Notes: a model not told the origin generated them from the sequence alone. Positions 17,980 through 28,087 are shown, numbered from the stretch's first letter. The stretch: DNA of 54,094 bases from a virus (IMGVR_UViG_3300016474_000357:1-54094), one strand, 5' to 3'. Program-made: numbers and translations.

Positions 17980-18720
17980 ATGTTTTTTACAAAGCACCCA
18001 TATATAAGTCAAAAAGATAAAGACGGTAATTCAATTACTGTAACAGACATACTTTCAACCATAAAGACTTATGAAGTTTTTAGAAACACAAAGTATTCTA
18101 TTCCTTATTATGTAAGAGAAGGTGATACACCAGAATCAATTGCAAAGAAAATGTATGACAAGCAATCATACTCTTGGATAATTTTATTAGTAAATAATAT
18201 GAAAAGTGTCTATAACGATTGGCCACTTTCATCTGTAGCATTTGATTCATATATTAAAAATAAATATCTTGGATTATCATCTATCTTCTTTTATCTCGAC
18301 AGTATCAAAAATTTTAATATAAAGAAGGGAGACATAATCCGTTCAACAACCAGTGCAAATAAAACTGCAGAGGTTATGGACTGGAATCCTTCTTTGAGCA
18401 AATTAACTATAAAACAATTAACTGGTAATTTTGTAAAAGATGAATTTGTAAGATTTGTTGATACAACTCCTGTTGTTGCACAAATTGGTAGAGTTAATTT
18501 ATACGAACAAGACTCATTACATCATTTTGAAGCAAATGGAATTTATTTGGATCCATTGCTAGGTTATTTACAGGGATATATAAATGGTGTCAGTAATGAT
18601 GTTATAACAAATTATGAATATGAGATGTCCGAAAACGATAAAAAGCGTTACATTTATTTACCATTACCAGAGGTAGCAACGAGAATAGAACAAGAATATT
18701 CTAATTCTATGGCTGTTTAA
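17980..18720 (+). CDS. gp53: Baseplate wedge subunit (gp53-like)
   Basis: YYVREGDTPESIA..MY...YSWIILLVNN....DWPL, LHHFE and TNYEYE..ENDKKRYI motifs. Confidence 0.9.
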   Translation: MFFTKHPYISQKDKDGNSITVTDILSTIKTYEVFRNTKYSIPYYVREGDTPESIAKKMYDKQSYSWIILLVNNMKSVYNDWPLSSVAFDSYIKNKYLGLSSIFFYLDSIKNFNIKKGDIIRSTTSANKTAEVMDWNPSLSKLTIKQLTGNFVKDEFVRFVDTTPVVAQIGRVNLYEQDSLHHFEANGIYLDPLLGYLQGYINGVSNDVITNYEYEMSENDKKRYIYLPLPEVATRIEQEYSNSMAV

Positions 18721-18721
18721 T

Positions 18722-20242
18722 ATGATTAATCTAGAAACACTAGGAAGTATAATAATTAGATCTGAAGATGTTTCTGTTGATGTGACAACAGTAGTTACTT
18801 CTATAAATTTATATCAAAGTATATACGATCCATTTGTAACTGGTGATATTACAATTGTGGATGTTCCTAGTAGTAGAGTAACAAAAGAATTCAGAGGTGG
18901 TATTGTTGGTAAGGGTGAAGAAGTTCTCTTTTCATTCTCAACAAAAACAAAACCAGTCTCAAGAGATAAGAAATTACAAGCAGAAAAGTATTACATCTAT
19001 AAGGTTTCTATGTTGCCACTAGAATCTGCTGGTGAACAAGCAATCTTTAAACAAGCAACAACATTCCATTTCTGTTCAAAAGGAATGTTTACTAATGAAT
19101 TTAAAAAGGTAAGAAAAGCATACAATGATAAAATTAGTAGTATAGTATCGAGTATAGCAAAGAATTATCTTTCAATTCAGGTGTCAGTTGAAGAAGAAAC
19201 AAACGCCAAACAAAAAGTAGTAATACCCAATTTCTCACCAATGAAAGCCATAATGTGGCTGACAAGTAGAGCATATGCTGGTTCAAACGAAAAACAAGAT
19301 CATAACTTTGTGTTTTACGAAGATATAGATCATATTCATCACTTTACAAGTATAGGTAAGTTGATGAAAAACGAACCAGTAATAGGAACAAAAGAAGACG
19401 ATGGTATTACTATAAGAACAATGCCAGATAATAATGTTGTTTCTGGACAGATTACAAAGAAAGCATCCTTTGAAGCACTGCAACATGTCTCTAAGGAGTT
19501 TTCACCCCTTAACAATGTAAAAGATGGAATGTATGCTTCCACATGCTTAACTTTTGATATAACTCGAAAGAAGTTTGCAAAGACTACTATGCGGTATGAT
19601 GAATTATTTAAAAAGCAAAACCATTTATACGATAGACAACTAATTGATAAAAATTTCTCAGAAGAAGCAAGTATAATAAATCAAGCATATAAGAATCCAG
19701 ATACAGTAATAAAATATTATCCAAAGGCTACAAAACTATACGATAAGAATGAAAAGCCAGGAAATCCAGACAATCCTGCAAATAATGTAGATAAGTGGTT
19801 ACTACAAAGAATTGCTTCTATGGAGGCTATGGATCAGTTTGGTATTGATACTGAAATAAAGGGTAATGTTGGTTTGAATCTTGGTGATGTTGTATTTTTT
19901 GGTAGACCACAAGTAGATAATGTTGGTTCAAAAGATAGAAGAGATCCATTCTTTGTTGGTAAATTCCTTATTACAAAAATTAAACACTCTCTTGTAAACA
20001 GAGGTGATACATTAGGATTTGATTTGAAAACAACATTATCTTTAAGAAGAGATTCAGAATATTCAGATTCTGCAGACACAGCAGCAGATCAATTGGATAA
20101 TCTGTTAACAGGTAAGACAACAGTAGAAGAACTCGGTGGATTGGGTAAAGTTGAACAACTCTGCACAGAAGCACAATGTTATCCAAATCTAACTACTAAT
20201 GTAAGAAATACTTTTAATCTGCCTAGAGGTGTTGGACAATGA
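18722..20242 (+). CDS. Baseplate hub protein (gp27-like)
   Basis: Sits between gp53 and gp5; INLYQSIYDPFVTG.I.IVD, VIPNFSP..AI.WL, FVFYE and GKFLITKIKH motifs. Confidence 0.6.
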   Translation: MINLETLGSIIIRSEDVSVDVTTVVTSINLYQSIYDPFVTGDITIVDVPSSRVTKEFRGGIVGKGEEVLFSFSTKTKPVSRDKKLQAEKYYIYKVSMLPLESAGEQAIFKQATTFHFCSKGMFTNEFKKVRKAYNDKISSIVSSIAKNYLSIQVSVEEETNAKQKVVIPNFSPMKAIMWLTSRAYAGSNEKQDHNFVFYEDIDHIHHFTSIGKLMKNEPVIGTKEDDGITIRTMPDNNVVSGQITKKASFEALQHVSKEFSPLNNVKDGMYASTCLTFDITRKKFAKTTMRYDELFKKQNHLYDRQLIDKNFSEEASIINQAYKNPDTVIKYYPKATKLYDKNEKPGNPDNPANNVDKWLLQRIASMEAMDQFGIDTEIKGNVGLNLGDVVFFGRPQVDNVGSKDRRDPFFVGKFLITKIKHSLVNRGDTLGFDLKTTLSLRRDSEYSDSADTAADQLDNLLTGKTTVEELGGLGKVEQLCTEAQCYPNLTTNVRNTFNLPRGVGQ

Positions 20243-21615
20243 ATGGCTTTTTAGGTAAAGATGGGTTTGCTTGGTTCTTCGGTGTAGTCGAGGACAGAAA
20301 AGATCCACTAAAAATAGGAAGAGTTAAGGTAAGAATATTAGGTTATCATGATGATGACAAGAATGTTTTACCAACCACAAAATTACCTTGGGCAACACCA
20401 ATTCAAGGAGTAACCTCTGCTGCAGTTAGTGGTAAGGGGTGGACACCACTTGGTCTAGTTGAAGGAACCTGGGTGTTTGGATTCTTTGCAGATCCGGGAT
20501 CATATCAAATACCAATGATTCTTGGTTCTATTGCTGGTTTGAATTCTAAGAGTATCAGTAGTCTTGGAGAATATTTTGGAAATGCTTTTGCTGACTTGAG
20601 AACAGAAGCAGAAAGAAGTAAAGCACCAAACGATAGATTCAAGAAAAGAGAATATCCAAATGGCAAAGGTAATGATGGTGATAAACACGGTGCTCAGTTA
20701 GAAACTTCAGATAAAAACTCTTCATATCCAAAATCAAACTATGCAGCATCTGCTACAAAGAATCCAGATGGAACACCAGATACAAATATTTTAGGTGTAA
20801 ATGATGCAGATAGACTAGATCAAACTTCAGTTGGTGTAAAAAACACAGATAGAACTTCTGGTGGTACTAGAGATACAGCAGTTCCTGTAGCAGATATTAA
20901 TTTTGAACCATTTGAAACAGGTGTTATAAACAATAGCGGTGCAAATAAAGGAACAAATAAATCATTAGCAACTGGTTACAATGGTCTTAAATCCTCATCA
21001 AAACCATCTCTAAAACAAAACTACAAGCAATTTAAAGATCAACCAACGAATGCAAATGGTAAAACCGTTTATTCATCTGGTGCTGGTGGATTGGGAACTG
21101 GTTCATTCTTGCCTGTATCAATTTCTGCTGCTGCAGGATGTTATAAGAGCAATATGGACAATATAAAGAATGGTACACAAAACATCAAGAACAATATAGA
21201 ACAACAAACAAATAAGACATTGAATACAACTGCTTCTGGTGGAAGACAAAACAATTCAACAGAGTTTACAAATAGATCTAGAGATGTTGGCTCATATGTC
21301 AAGTCTTCAACTGGTTCAAGTACTGCACCATATGATCTATCAAATGCAGACAAGAATAAACTTGGCGGTATACCAAATAAGGCGGTAATAGAGCAACCAA
21401 TAGAACCAATTCCAGATACTGGTGCTGGTCTTGGTAATCAAACAGAAATAAATGGAATGCCAATCAGTAAGGACAATTTTGGTAATATTACAATAAATGG
21501 AAATGTAGTACCGATCATAGATGCTACAAATAAGATAGCAAATCAATCTGATCCTAATAACCCAAATAGAGATAATGAGTGCGGTGAATGTGGCTGCAAT
21601 GAACCAAATAAATAA
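20239..21615 (+). CDS. gp5: Central spike protein gp5, N-terminal (OB-fold) part
   Basis: WFFGVVEDRKDPLKIGRVKVRILGYH..LPWA...GTWVFGFFAD..QIPMILGS is the gp5 OB-fold. The rest is low-complexity and there is no recognisable lysozyme. Confidence 0.88.
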   Translation: MNGFLGKDGFAWFFGVVEDRKDPLKIGRVKVRILGYHDDDKNVLPTTKLPWATPIQGVTSAAVSGKGWTPLGLVEGTWVFGFFADPGSYQIPMILGSIAGLNSKSISSLGEYFGNAFADLRTEAERSKAPNDRFKKREYPNGKGNDGDKHGAQLETSDKNSSYPKSNYAASATKNPDGTPDTNILGVNDADRLDQTSVGVKNTDRTSGGTRDTAVPVADINFEPFETGVINNSGANKGTNKSLATGYNGLKSSSKPSLKQNYKQFKDQPTNANGKTVYSSGAGGLGTGSFLPVSISAAAGCYKSNMDNIKNGTQNIKNNIEQQTNKTLNTTASGGRQNNSTEFTNRSRDVGSYVKSSTGSSTAPYDLSNADKNKLGGIPNKAVIEQPIEPIPDTGAGLGNQTEINGMPISKDNFGNITINGNVVPIIDATNKIANQSDPNNPNRDNECGECGCNEPNK

Positions 21616-21629
21616 AATAGAGAAATAAT

Positions 21630-23651
21630 ATGGCAGTAACAGAATCACAAGGTAATTGGAGCGAACCAGAGACACCATACGGGAAAGTAAAAGGAGAACC
21701 CGTAGAGGAAATGTATCCTTATAATAAGGTATACGAATCTGAGTCTGGTCATGTTATTGAAGTAGATGATACTCCCGGTTCTGAAAGATTAAACATCTTT
21801 CATAGATCTGGTACATTTGAAGAGTTTCATCCTAATGGTGATAAAAATGTTAAAGTAGTACGCGATAGATATACAAGCATTTTAAGAGATGATTATATCC
21901 ATATTGACGGTTTCTGTAATGTAACTGTAGATAAAGCATTAAAGATCGTTGTAAATGCAGAAAATACCGAGAGCACACCATCTAAGAATGTAAATTTTGA
22001 TATTGAGGTTGGTGAGAATTCTAATGTAAATTTAATTCTCAAAAAAGGTAATTGCAATCTTAAGTTAGAAAGTGGTGATGCAAACATTCTTTTACAAGAT
22101 GGTGATATCAATCTTACCCAAAAGGACGGAAACTTCAACCACAATGTAAATGGCGACTATAACCTAGAAGTAACTGGTCACATGCATGTTGTTGTTGGAA
22201 AGGATTCTGTGAATGAAATTGGTGGTAGTAGAGATGTTAGAATTGACGGTACTTTTGATAATTTACACATTACCGAAGGATATTCAGAAACTCTAGTAGA
22301 AAAAGGTGATATGCGTATAGAAGTTGGTGCAAATCACCATACACTGGTTCATGGAGAATCACACCTAAAAGTTGAACAGGGTAGAAGAGAGTTCATAACT
22401 CAATATGATGAATTATCTGTAGATGGCGATAAAAAGATAAAGGTAGCACCTGGTGATTTTGATATATTTACTAATGGTAATCTATCAATTTCAACGAGTG
22501 GCACATTTGATGGTTCCTTTACAGGTGCTACAAGATTAACCACAGATTCTTCATTTGATATATTATCTGCCACTTCAACCAAGATGACAAGTGGTGCTGG
22601 TATGGACATATTATCATCTTCTCAATTAAAACTTAGTAGTAGTTCAACACTTGACATCTTAAGTGCTGCTGCTATGAAGATATCCTCTGGTGCTGTAATG
22701 GGGTTGAATGCTTCGGGTGCATTATTACAAACAGGTAGTGTAATACACTTAAATGGTCCAAGTGCTCCAAGAGCAACTATTGCAAACAGAGCAAGAACTG
22801 CTCTAGCAGCAGATCTACCTTCCAAGCAATTTGTTTACAAACCCGGAGAAATTGGTAGATGGAATAAATCAGTAAATGGTAAGTCTCCTGCTTCTGTTTT
22901 AAATGAATCAAGTGCAAAATTAAATAAACAATTAGATACACTTAATACATCAAAAGAACAATTAGGAGCATCTTCAAATCAATTAACAGGACTAAAGGAA
23001 CAACTCAATGCAGCAGGAACAGATCCAGCGAAATTGAGTACAGTTGCAAATTCAACTGCTGGTTTAACAAACAATATATCTGGAACTGCTGGTAATGTTA
23101 ATGGTGTTCTGGGTGGTATGGGTGGAACAGTAGACGATGTATCAAATGTTTCTGGTTCATTAGTACCCGGTTCAGCAGATAGTTTAAGTAAGTTTGGAAG
23201 CGGTGGTGATTTCTTAACAGGATTGAAGGATGGATTGGGTGGAGTTGTTGGATTTATAGGTGACATATTCAGCACAATAACAGATATTGCTTGCGGTATT
23301 ATAGACGCTATAGGCGGTGCTTTAGACTTTGTTGGTAAGATCATATCAGATGCTATTGGTGCAGTCATGGACGCAATAGGATCGGTTATAGACGCTATTG
23401 GCACGGTAATAGACGCAGCAACCAAGGCTATAACTGAAGTACTATCCACAATAGGTGATATAATCGGTAAGGTATTTGATGCTGCTGGTAACTTCATCGG
23501 TGAAATAGTAGATGGTATCGGTAGCGTAATAGACGCAATTGCAAGTATTTTCAATGGTCTTGGTGGTAGACCAAGTAACTGTGGTATATCTCTTGCACTA
23601 TGTACAGAAGATTTCTCACTAGGTATTGCTAACGCACCAGGAGGTGGTTAA
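21630..23651 (+). CDS. gp5: Central spike protein gp5, C-terminal beta-helix part with long extension
   Basis: WSEPETPY..YPYNKVYESESGHVIEVDDTPGSERLNIFHRSGTFEE, 8-residue beta-helix repeats ending GSVIHLN, then about 300 extra residues. Confidence 0.85.
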   Translation: MAVTESQGNWSEPETPYGKVKGEPVEEMYPYNKVYESESGHVIEVDDTPGSERLNIFHRSGTFEEFHPNGDKNVKVVRDRYTSILRDDYIHIDGFCNVTVDKALKIVVNAENTESTPSKNVNFDIEVGENSNVNLILKKGNCNLKLESGDANILLQDGDINLTQKDGNFNHNVNGDYNLEVTGHMHVVVGKDSVNEIGGSRDVRIDGTFDNLHITEGYSETLVEKGDMRIEVGANHHTLVHGESHLKVEQGRREFITQYDELSVDGDKKIKVAPGDFDIFTNGNLSISTSGTFDGSFTGATRLTTDSSFDILSATSTKMTSGAGMDILSSSQLKLSSSSTLDILSAAAMKISSGAVMGLNASGALLQTGSVIHLNGPSAPRATIANRARTALAADLPSKQFVYKPGEIGRWNKSVNGKSPASVLNESSAKLNKQLDTLNTSKEQLGASSNQLTGLKEQLNAAGTDPAKLSTVANSTAGLTNNISGTAGNVNGVLGGMGGTVDDVSNVSGSLVPGSADSLSKFGSGGDFLTGLKDGLGGVVGFIGDIFSTITDIACGIIDAIGGALDFVGKIISDAIGAVMDAIGSVIDAIGTVIDAATKAITEVLSTIGDIIGKVFDAAGNFIGEIVDGIGSVIDAIASIFNGLGGRPSNCGISLALCTEDFSLGIANAPGGG

Positions 23652-23938
23652 TGCCAGGGGCAGCAAGAAAATTCGTAGATAGCGTAGGTGGTGGAGTTGC
23701 ATTAGGCTCTTCTAATGTTTTTGTAAATAATATAATGATTGCACAAAGAGGTGATAGAGTAACCCCGCACCCACCCTGTTGCTGTGGTGTTGGTTGTGGT
23801 TGTCAAGAGCACTGTCATGCAAGTCTTGCTATGGCATCGCCTAATGTTTTTGCAAATAATAGAAATGCAGTAAGACAAGGAGATCCTGCTACATGTTTAC
23901 ATCCAATTGCAGGTTCATCTAATGTTTTTATAAATTAA
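23651..23938 (+). CDS. PAAR-domain spike tip protein (gp5.4-like)
   Basis: MPGAAR, GSSNVFVN, RGD.VTPH, SPNVFAN..AVRQGDPATC.H.IAGSSNVF. Confidence 0.9.
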   Translation: MPGAARKFVDSVGGGVALGSSNVFVNNIMIAQRGDRVTPHPPCCCGVGCGCQEHCHASLAMASPNVFANNRNAVRQGDPATCLHPIAGSSNVFIN

Positions 23939-23962
23939 TAAAAAGAAATATACATATTTAAA

Positions 23963-24337
23963 ATGATAGCAAAAGACCTAGATTTAAACTTCAATATAAA
24001 CCCAATAACTGGGGATTTAAACAAAAAAACTGATGGAGATGCTCTAAAGCAATCCCTCAGAACCCTTCTTCTATTGAGTTTATATGAAAAACCATTTAAT
24101 TCGGATTTAAATGCAAATATTAGAGGATTTTTATTTGAAAATTACCTGATAGATGGTGATGTTGAATTAAAGAATAATATTATAAGAATTATAAAAAAAT
24201 ACGAACCAAGAGTCTCTTTAAAAAATGTACTAGTTGCAGCGACTCCAGATCAAAATGCAATAGATATTACAGTAGAATACTACTTTACAGGAAATAAAGA
24301 AGAAACTTTAAGTTTCTCAATAGAGAGAACAAGATAA
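23963..24337 (+). CDS. gp25: Baseplate wedge subunit (gp25-like)
   Basis: KDLDLNF..NP.TGDL, A.KQS...L...YEKPF, YEPRV and ERTR motifs. Confidence 0.92.
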   Translation: MIAKDLDLNFNINPITGDLNKKTDGDALKQSLRTLLLLSLYEKPFNSDLNANIRGFLFENYLIDGDVELKNNIIRIIKKYEPRVSLKNVLVAATPDQNAIDITVEYYFTGNKEETLSFSIERTR

Positions 24338-24338
24338 A

Positions 24339-26240
24339 ATGGAACAAAAAAGAGGCGATATTTCCAACTTAGATTTCGTATCAATTAAATCAAATCTAAT
24401 TGACTTTTTGAATAAGCAATCAGAATTTGCTGGTTACTCATTCGAAGGTTCTGCCTTCAATGTTCTAATGGATCTTCTTGCATATAACACATACTATAAT
24501 GCATTTTACAACAACATGGTTGTTAATGAAACATTCATAGATTCTGCCTCAAAAAGATCATCAGTTGTATCTCTAGCAAAGAATTTGGGTTATGTACCAA
24601 AATCTACAAAAGCAGCAACAGCAGTTATCAACATCAAACTCAGTCCTGAAAATTATACTAATGATGTTATAACAAGAAACACACAAGTAACAGCAACAGA
24701 CGCAAACAACAATACTTACACATTCGTAACAACAAAATCATATTCATTTGATCCTGTAGAATTTGACAGTACAACAGGAGAAACCACAAAATATGGTATA
24801 ATGGATGTTCCTATAATTCAAGGAACATATACAACTTTCACTGCAATTATTGCAGACCCAAACCAAACAATCACTATTCCATATAATGGTATAGATCTAT
24901 CCACTATAAGAGCATTCGTATTAAAGTCATTCACCAATCAAGAAGGAATAAATCAAGAATGGAAAATGGCTACAGATATTACAGAAGTAAATAAGAATTC
25001 AAGAGTGTTCTTTATACAAGAATCACCAACAGGTAATTATGAAGCAACATTTGGTGATGGTGTATTTGGTAAGCCATTAGAACAAGGAAATTTAGTAATT
25101 TTTGAATTCTTGGTATCTTCTGGTACTGCTGGAAACAATATTGGTTCTTCAGATTCTGTATCTTTCTCCTCATTCAGTTTAACTGGATACGAAATAGAAA
25201 CAGTTCAACCATCAAGCGGTGGTGCAGATAAAGAGGATATTGAAAGTGTAAGAAGAAATGCTCTCAAGAATTATTCAAATGAAGAAAGAGCAGTAACAGC
25301 AAGTGATTATGAAAGTTTAATATTAAAGAACTATAACAATATAGAATCAATTCGTTGTTGGGGTGGTGAGCAAAACAATCCACCACAATATGGTAAAGTA
25401 TTTGCTTCTATCAAACCATATAATAGTTCAGTATTATCACTACAAGAAAAGAAGCAAATAGTAGATTCTATTTTACGAAACAGATCTATGGCTGGTATAA
25501 CTCTAGAAATTTTAGATCCAGATATTCTATACTTGAATCTATCTGTAAATGCAAAATACGATCCAACATCTACCAGAGATTCAGAAACAAAGATAAGAGA
25601 AGTATTGAATACAAGAATAAGAGAATATGCTGTTACAAACTTCAAAGGATTTGACGATGACTATTATTCATCAGATTTAATTCCACAATTATTGACTTTC
25701 CATCCAAGTATAGTTGGTGCTTCTACAAATGTTTCTATGGAAAAGCGTATATATCCAGAACTAACAAAGAAAGCAACTTACAAGATAGACTTTGGAAATG
25801 AACTTTATCATCCAAGAGATTGTCATGACATTCCTGTTGTTGAAAGTTCCTACTTTAAAATGTATGTAATACAGAACTCAACATTAGTCGAAAAGATTTG
25901 CTATTTTGATGATGATGGTTCCGGTAATATGCGTATCTATACTACAGATGCAAAAAATAATAAGATTTACATAAACAGTAAAGCAGGAACAGTTGATTAC
26001 AAGACAGGAATGGTCACTCTAACAGATCTAACTGTATCATCATTTGTAAATGCACAGAACTATATCTACTTCATTGCAACACCAAATGACGCAGATATCT
26101 TTACAGATTATGATACTATTCTTTCGTTTGATGCAGCAATCAACAGAAATGTTTCCATAACACTTACACCAGTTTATAAGAACTCATTGAATAATGCATC
26201 ATATTCAACAAGAAATAGTTCTAACTACACATCCGGTTAA
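24339..26240 (+). CDS. gp6: Baseplate wedge subunit (gp6)
   Basis: LDF..IK.NL..FL..Q.EF..Y.FEGS...LMDLLAYNTYYN, FGDGVFGK, RAVTASDY and WGGEQNNPPQYGKVF motifs. Confidence 0.95.
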   Translation: MEQKRGDISNLDFVSIKSNLIDFLNKQSEFAGYSFEGSAFNVLMDLLAYNTYYNAFYNNMVVNETFIDSASKRSSVVSLAKNLGYVPKSTKAATAVINIKLSPENYTNDVITRNTQVTATDANNNTYTFVTTKSYSFDPVEFDSTTGETTKYGIMDVPIIQGTYTTFTAIIADPNQTITIPYNGIDLSTIRAFVLKSFTNQEGINQEWKMATDITEVNKNSRVFFIQESPTGNYEATFGDGVFGKPLEQGNLVIFEFLVSSGTAGNNIGSSDSVSFSSFSLTGYEIETVQPSSGGADKEDIESVRRNALKNYSNEERAVTASDYESLILKNYNNIESIRCWGGEQNNPPQYGKVFASIKPYNSSVLSLQEKKQIVDSILRNRSMAGITLEILDPDILYLNLSVNAKYDPTSTRDSETKIREVLNTRIREYAVTNFKGFDDDYYSSDLIPQLLTFHPSIVGASTNVSMEKRIYPELTKKATYKIDFGNELYHPRDCHDIPVVESSYFKMYVIQNSTLVEKICYFDDDGSGNMRIYTTDAKNNKIYINSKAGTVDYKTGMVTLTDLTVSSFVNAQNYIYFIATPNDADIFTDYDTILSFDAAINRNVSITLTPVYKNSLNNASYSTRNSSNYTSG

Positions 26241-26242
26241 TC

Positions 26243-28087
26243 ATGCTACAAGTAGAAATTCTCTATCCACAACAAGATTCAACCGTATACAGTAACGAAT
26301 TAAAGTTTCGTTACAAGGTTTTAAATAACCTAGAAAAATACAAACTTAGTAAAATTGTTTTTATTCTAAATGATACAACCGAAATAACAACTACAGTAGA
26401 CAACGAATATACTTTTGATTCTCTCCAAACAGGCTCATACGAAATAAAAGGTTATTTATTAAATAAAAATAATATTAAAATAGATGGTACAGAATTCACA
26501 GTTAAATTTAATGTAGTAACAGAAAAATTTGAACCAAAAAATTTAACATGGGCATTTTCAAAAACAAAACTACCACAGTTCATACAAGACGATTATAAAA
26601 CATTTGCAAGATTTATAGAAGCATATTACGAATGGTTACACAAATCAAATAACCCAATATTTTCTCAATTTACATCTGAACAATTTGCTGATGTTGATAC
26701 AACCCCAGAAGTTTTCCTATCAAATTTCAGAATACAATATTTAAACGACTTCCCAGACAACATATTGACATCTGGTGATAAAAATATAAGAACAATAATT
26801 AAAAACATAAAACAATTTTACAGGTCTAAAGGTTCTGAAAAGTCCTTTAGATTTTTATTCAGATTACTATACAACACTTATGTTGATTTTTATTATCCTA
26901 AAACTGATCTCTTAAAAGGATCTGGTAACTTATGGGTAGAAAATGTTGGAATGAAAGTAAAGAATATTGAAATCAAAACTGCATTCCTACTTAAAAATTC
27001 TTTGATATACCAACTTGATGATGCTGGCAGAAACATAACTGCATCTGCAAGAGTTGTTCAGGTTGTTGTACAGAGAGTAAAAAATATGGATCTGATTGAG
27101 TTATTTGTTGCTAATGTAGTTGGTGAATTTGATGGCAATAAAGAAGTTTACAGTGATATGTTGATAGATGGAAAGCAAAAGAGAGTGTCTATGGATCTTT
27201 TGCCTGTCATAAGCTCAATTGATGTAACAAGTAAAGCATTGAAAGTTGGTGATGCTGTATATCTGTTAGAGACAACAGATTCAATTAGTGGCACTGGTTT
27301 TTATGCAGTAATACAAGAAGTGGACTCCAAAGGAAGAGTAAAAAGATTACAAATAATCGATTCTGGTTATAATTATTCGGGAACCCATTCTCTTTATAAG
27401 AAAAATGAAAACCAAACATATACACCAGTATCCGGAACTTATGAAATTGGAGTAATGACAAGATATCCGGGTTACTTTAAAACTATATCATCCTCACCTT
27501 CATCTAGGGGCAAAATACAAGACAATAGAAAATATCAAGAACTTTCTTATGTTCTAAAGGTTGAGGAAAATATTATAAATTATGCGGATATTGTAAAACG
27601 ATTAGTTCATCCTGCTGGTGTTGGATTGTTTGGTAGTTACCTTGTTAAAAGAGATGAGCAAATCAATATTACAAATTCAACAACCACAAATCTGTACTAT
27701 CAAGGATTTATAGGAAATTATTTGCCATACACATTTAATACTACTAAAAATTTGAGAAACGATTCATACCCAAATGCAGATCCAATATTATATCCATCTG
27801 GTATGACTGATTTATATCCTAGTGGATTCGATCCAAATCAAACACTACCTGATGAAATTACAGCAACACAAGAACATATTCCAAGTTTTACAAAAAAGAG
27901 TGCTGGTGTTTTTGATTTAATCTTTGCATATGTCCCAGAAGTATCAGATAAAAATCAAATAAATGATTACTGGATTGTTTTTCCAAATCCTAATACATTA
28001 CTAAATAATTCTGATGCAATTAAAGAAATAAAAATAAGAGACTTTTTAAGAATACCAATAACTGATTTAACACAAAGTACTAATTAA
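26243..28087 (+). CDS. gp7: Baseplate wedge initiator (gp7-like) with N-terminal Ig-like domain
   Basis: LPQFI.DDY..F..FIEAYYEWL, IKNIKQFYRSKGSEKSF.FLFRLLY and IQDN.KYQ..SYV...LVHPAG motifs. Confidence 0.8.
   Translation: MLQVEILYPQQDSTVYSNELKFRYKVLNNLEKYKLSKIVFILNDTTEITTTVDNEYTFDSLQTGSYEIKGYLLNKNNIKIDGTEFTVKFNVVTEKFEPKNLTWAFSKTKLPQFIQDDYKTFARFIEAYYEWLHKSNNPIFSQFTSEQFADVDTTPEVFLSNFRIQYLNDFPDNILTSGDKNIRTIIKNIKQFYRSKGSEKSFRFLFRLLYNTYVDFYYPKTDLLKGSGNLWVENVGMKVKNIEIKTAFLLKNSLIYQLDDAGRNITASARVVQVVVQRVKNMDLIELFVANVVGEFDGNKEVYSDMLIDGKQKRVSMDLLPVISSIDVTSKALKVGDAVYLLETTDSISGTGFYAVIQEVDSKGRVKRLQIIDSGYNYSGTHSLYKKNENQTYTPVSGTYEIGVMTRYPGYFKTISSSPSSRGKIQDNRKYQELSYVLKVEENIINYADIVKRLVHPAGVGLFGSYLVKRDEQINITNSTTTNLYYQGFIGNYLPYTFNTTKNLRNDSYPNADPILYPSGMTDLYPSGFDPNQTLPDEITATQEHIPSFTKKSAGVFDLIFAYVPEVSDKNQINDYWIVFPNPNTLLNNSDAIKEIKIRDFLRIPITDLTQSTN

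Noticed and set aside
20900-21629. Group I intron or intein explaining the gp5 split
   Set aside because: The region is an open reading frame in frame with the OB-fold. I could not see intron P/Q/R/S elements, intein C...HN ends or a homing nuclease motif. Not formally excluded without RT-PCR.
22979-23554. 191 aa minus-strand ORF
   Set aside because: Antisense shadow of the repetitive Gly/Ile/Asp/Ala region of gp5C; no RBS or independent motif.
18722-26240. Type VI secretion system or tailocin (VgrG-like, PAAR, gp25/TssE-like genes)
   Set aside because: The genes are embedded among T4 neck (gp13-15), head completion (gp4), gp32 and gp33 genes, and no TssJLM or ClpV is present. This is a phage baseplate.
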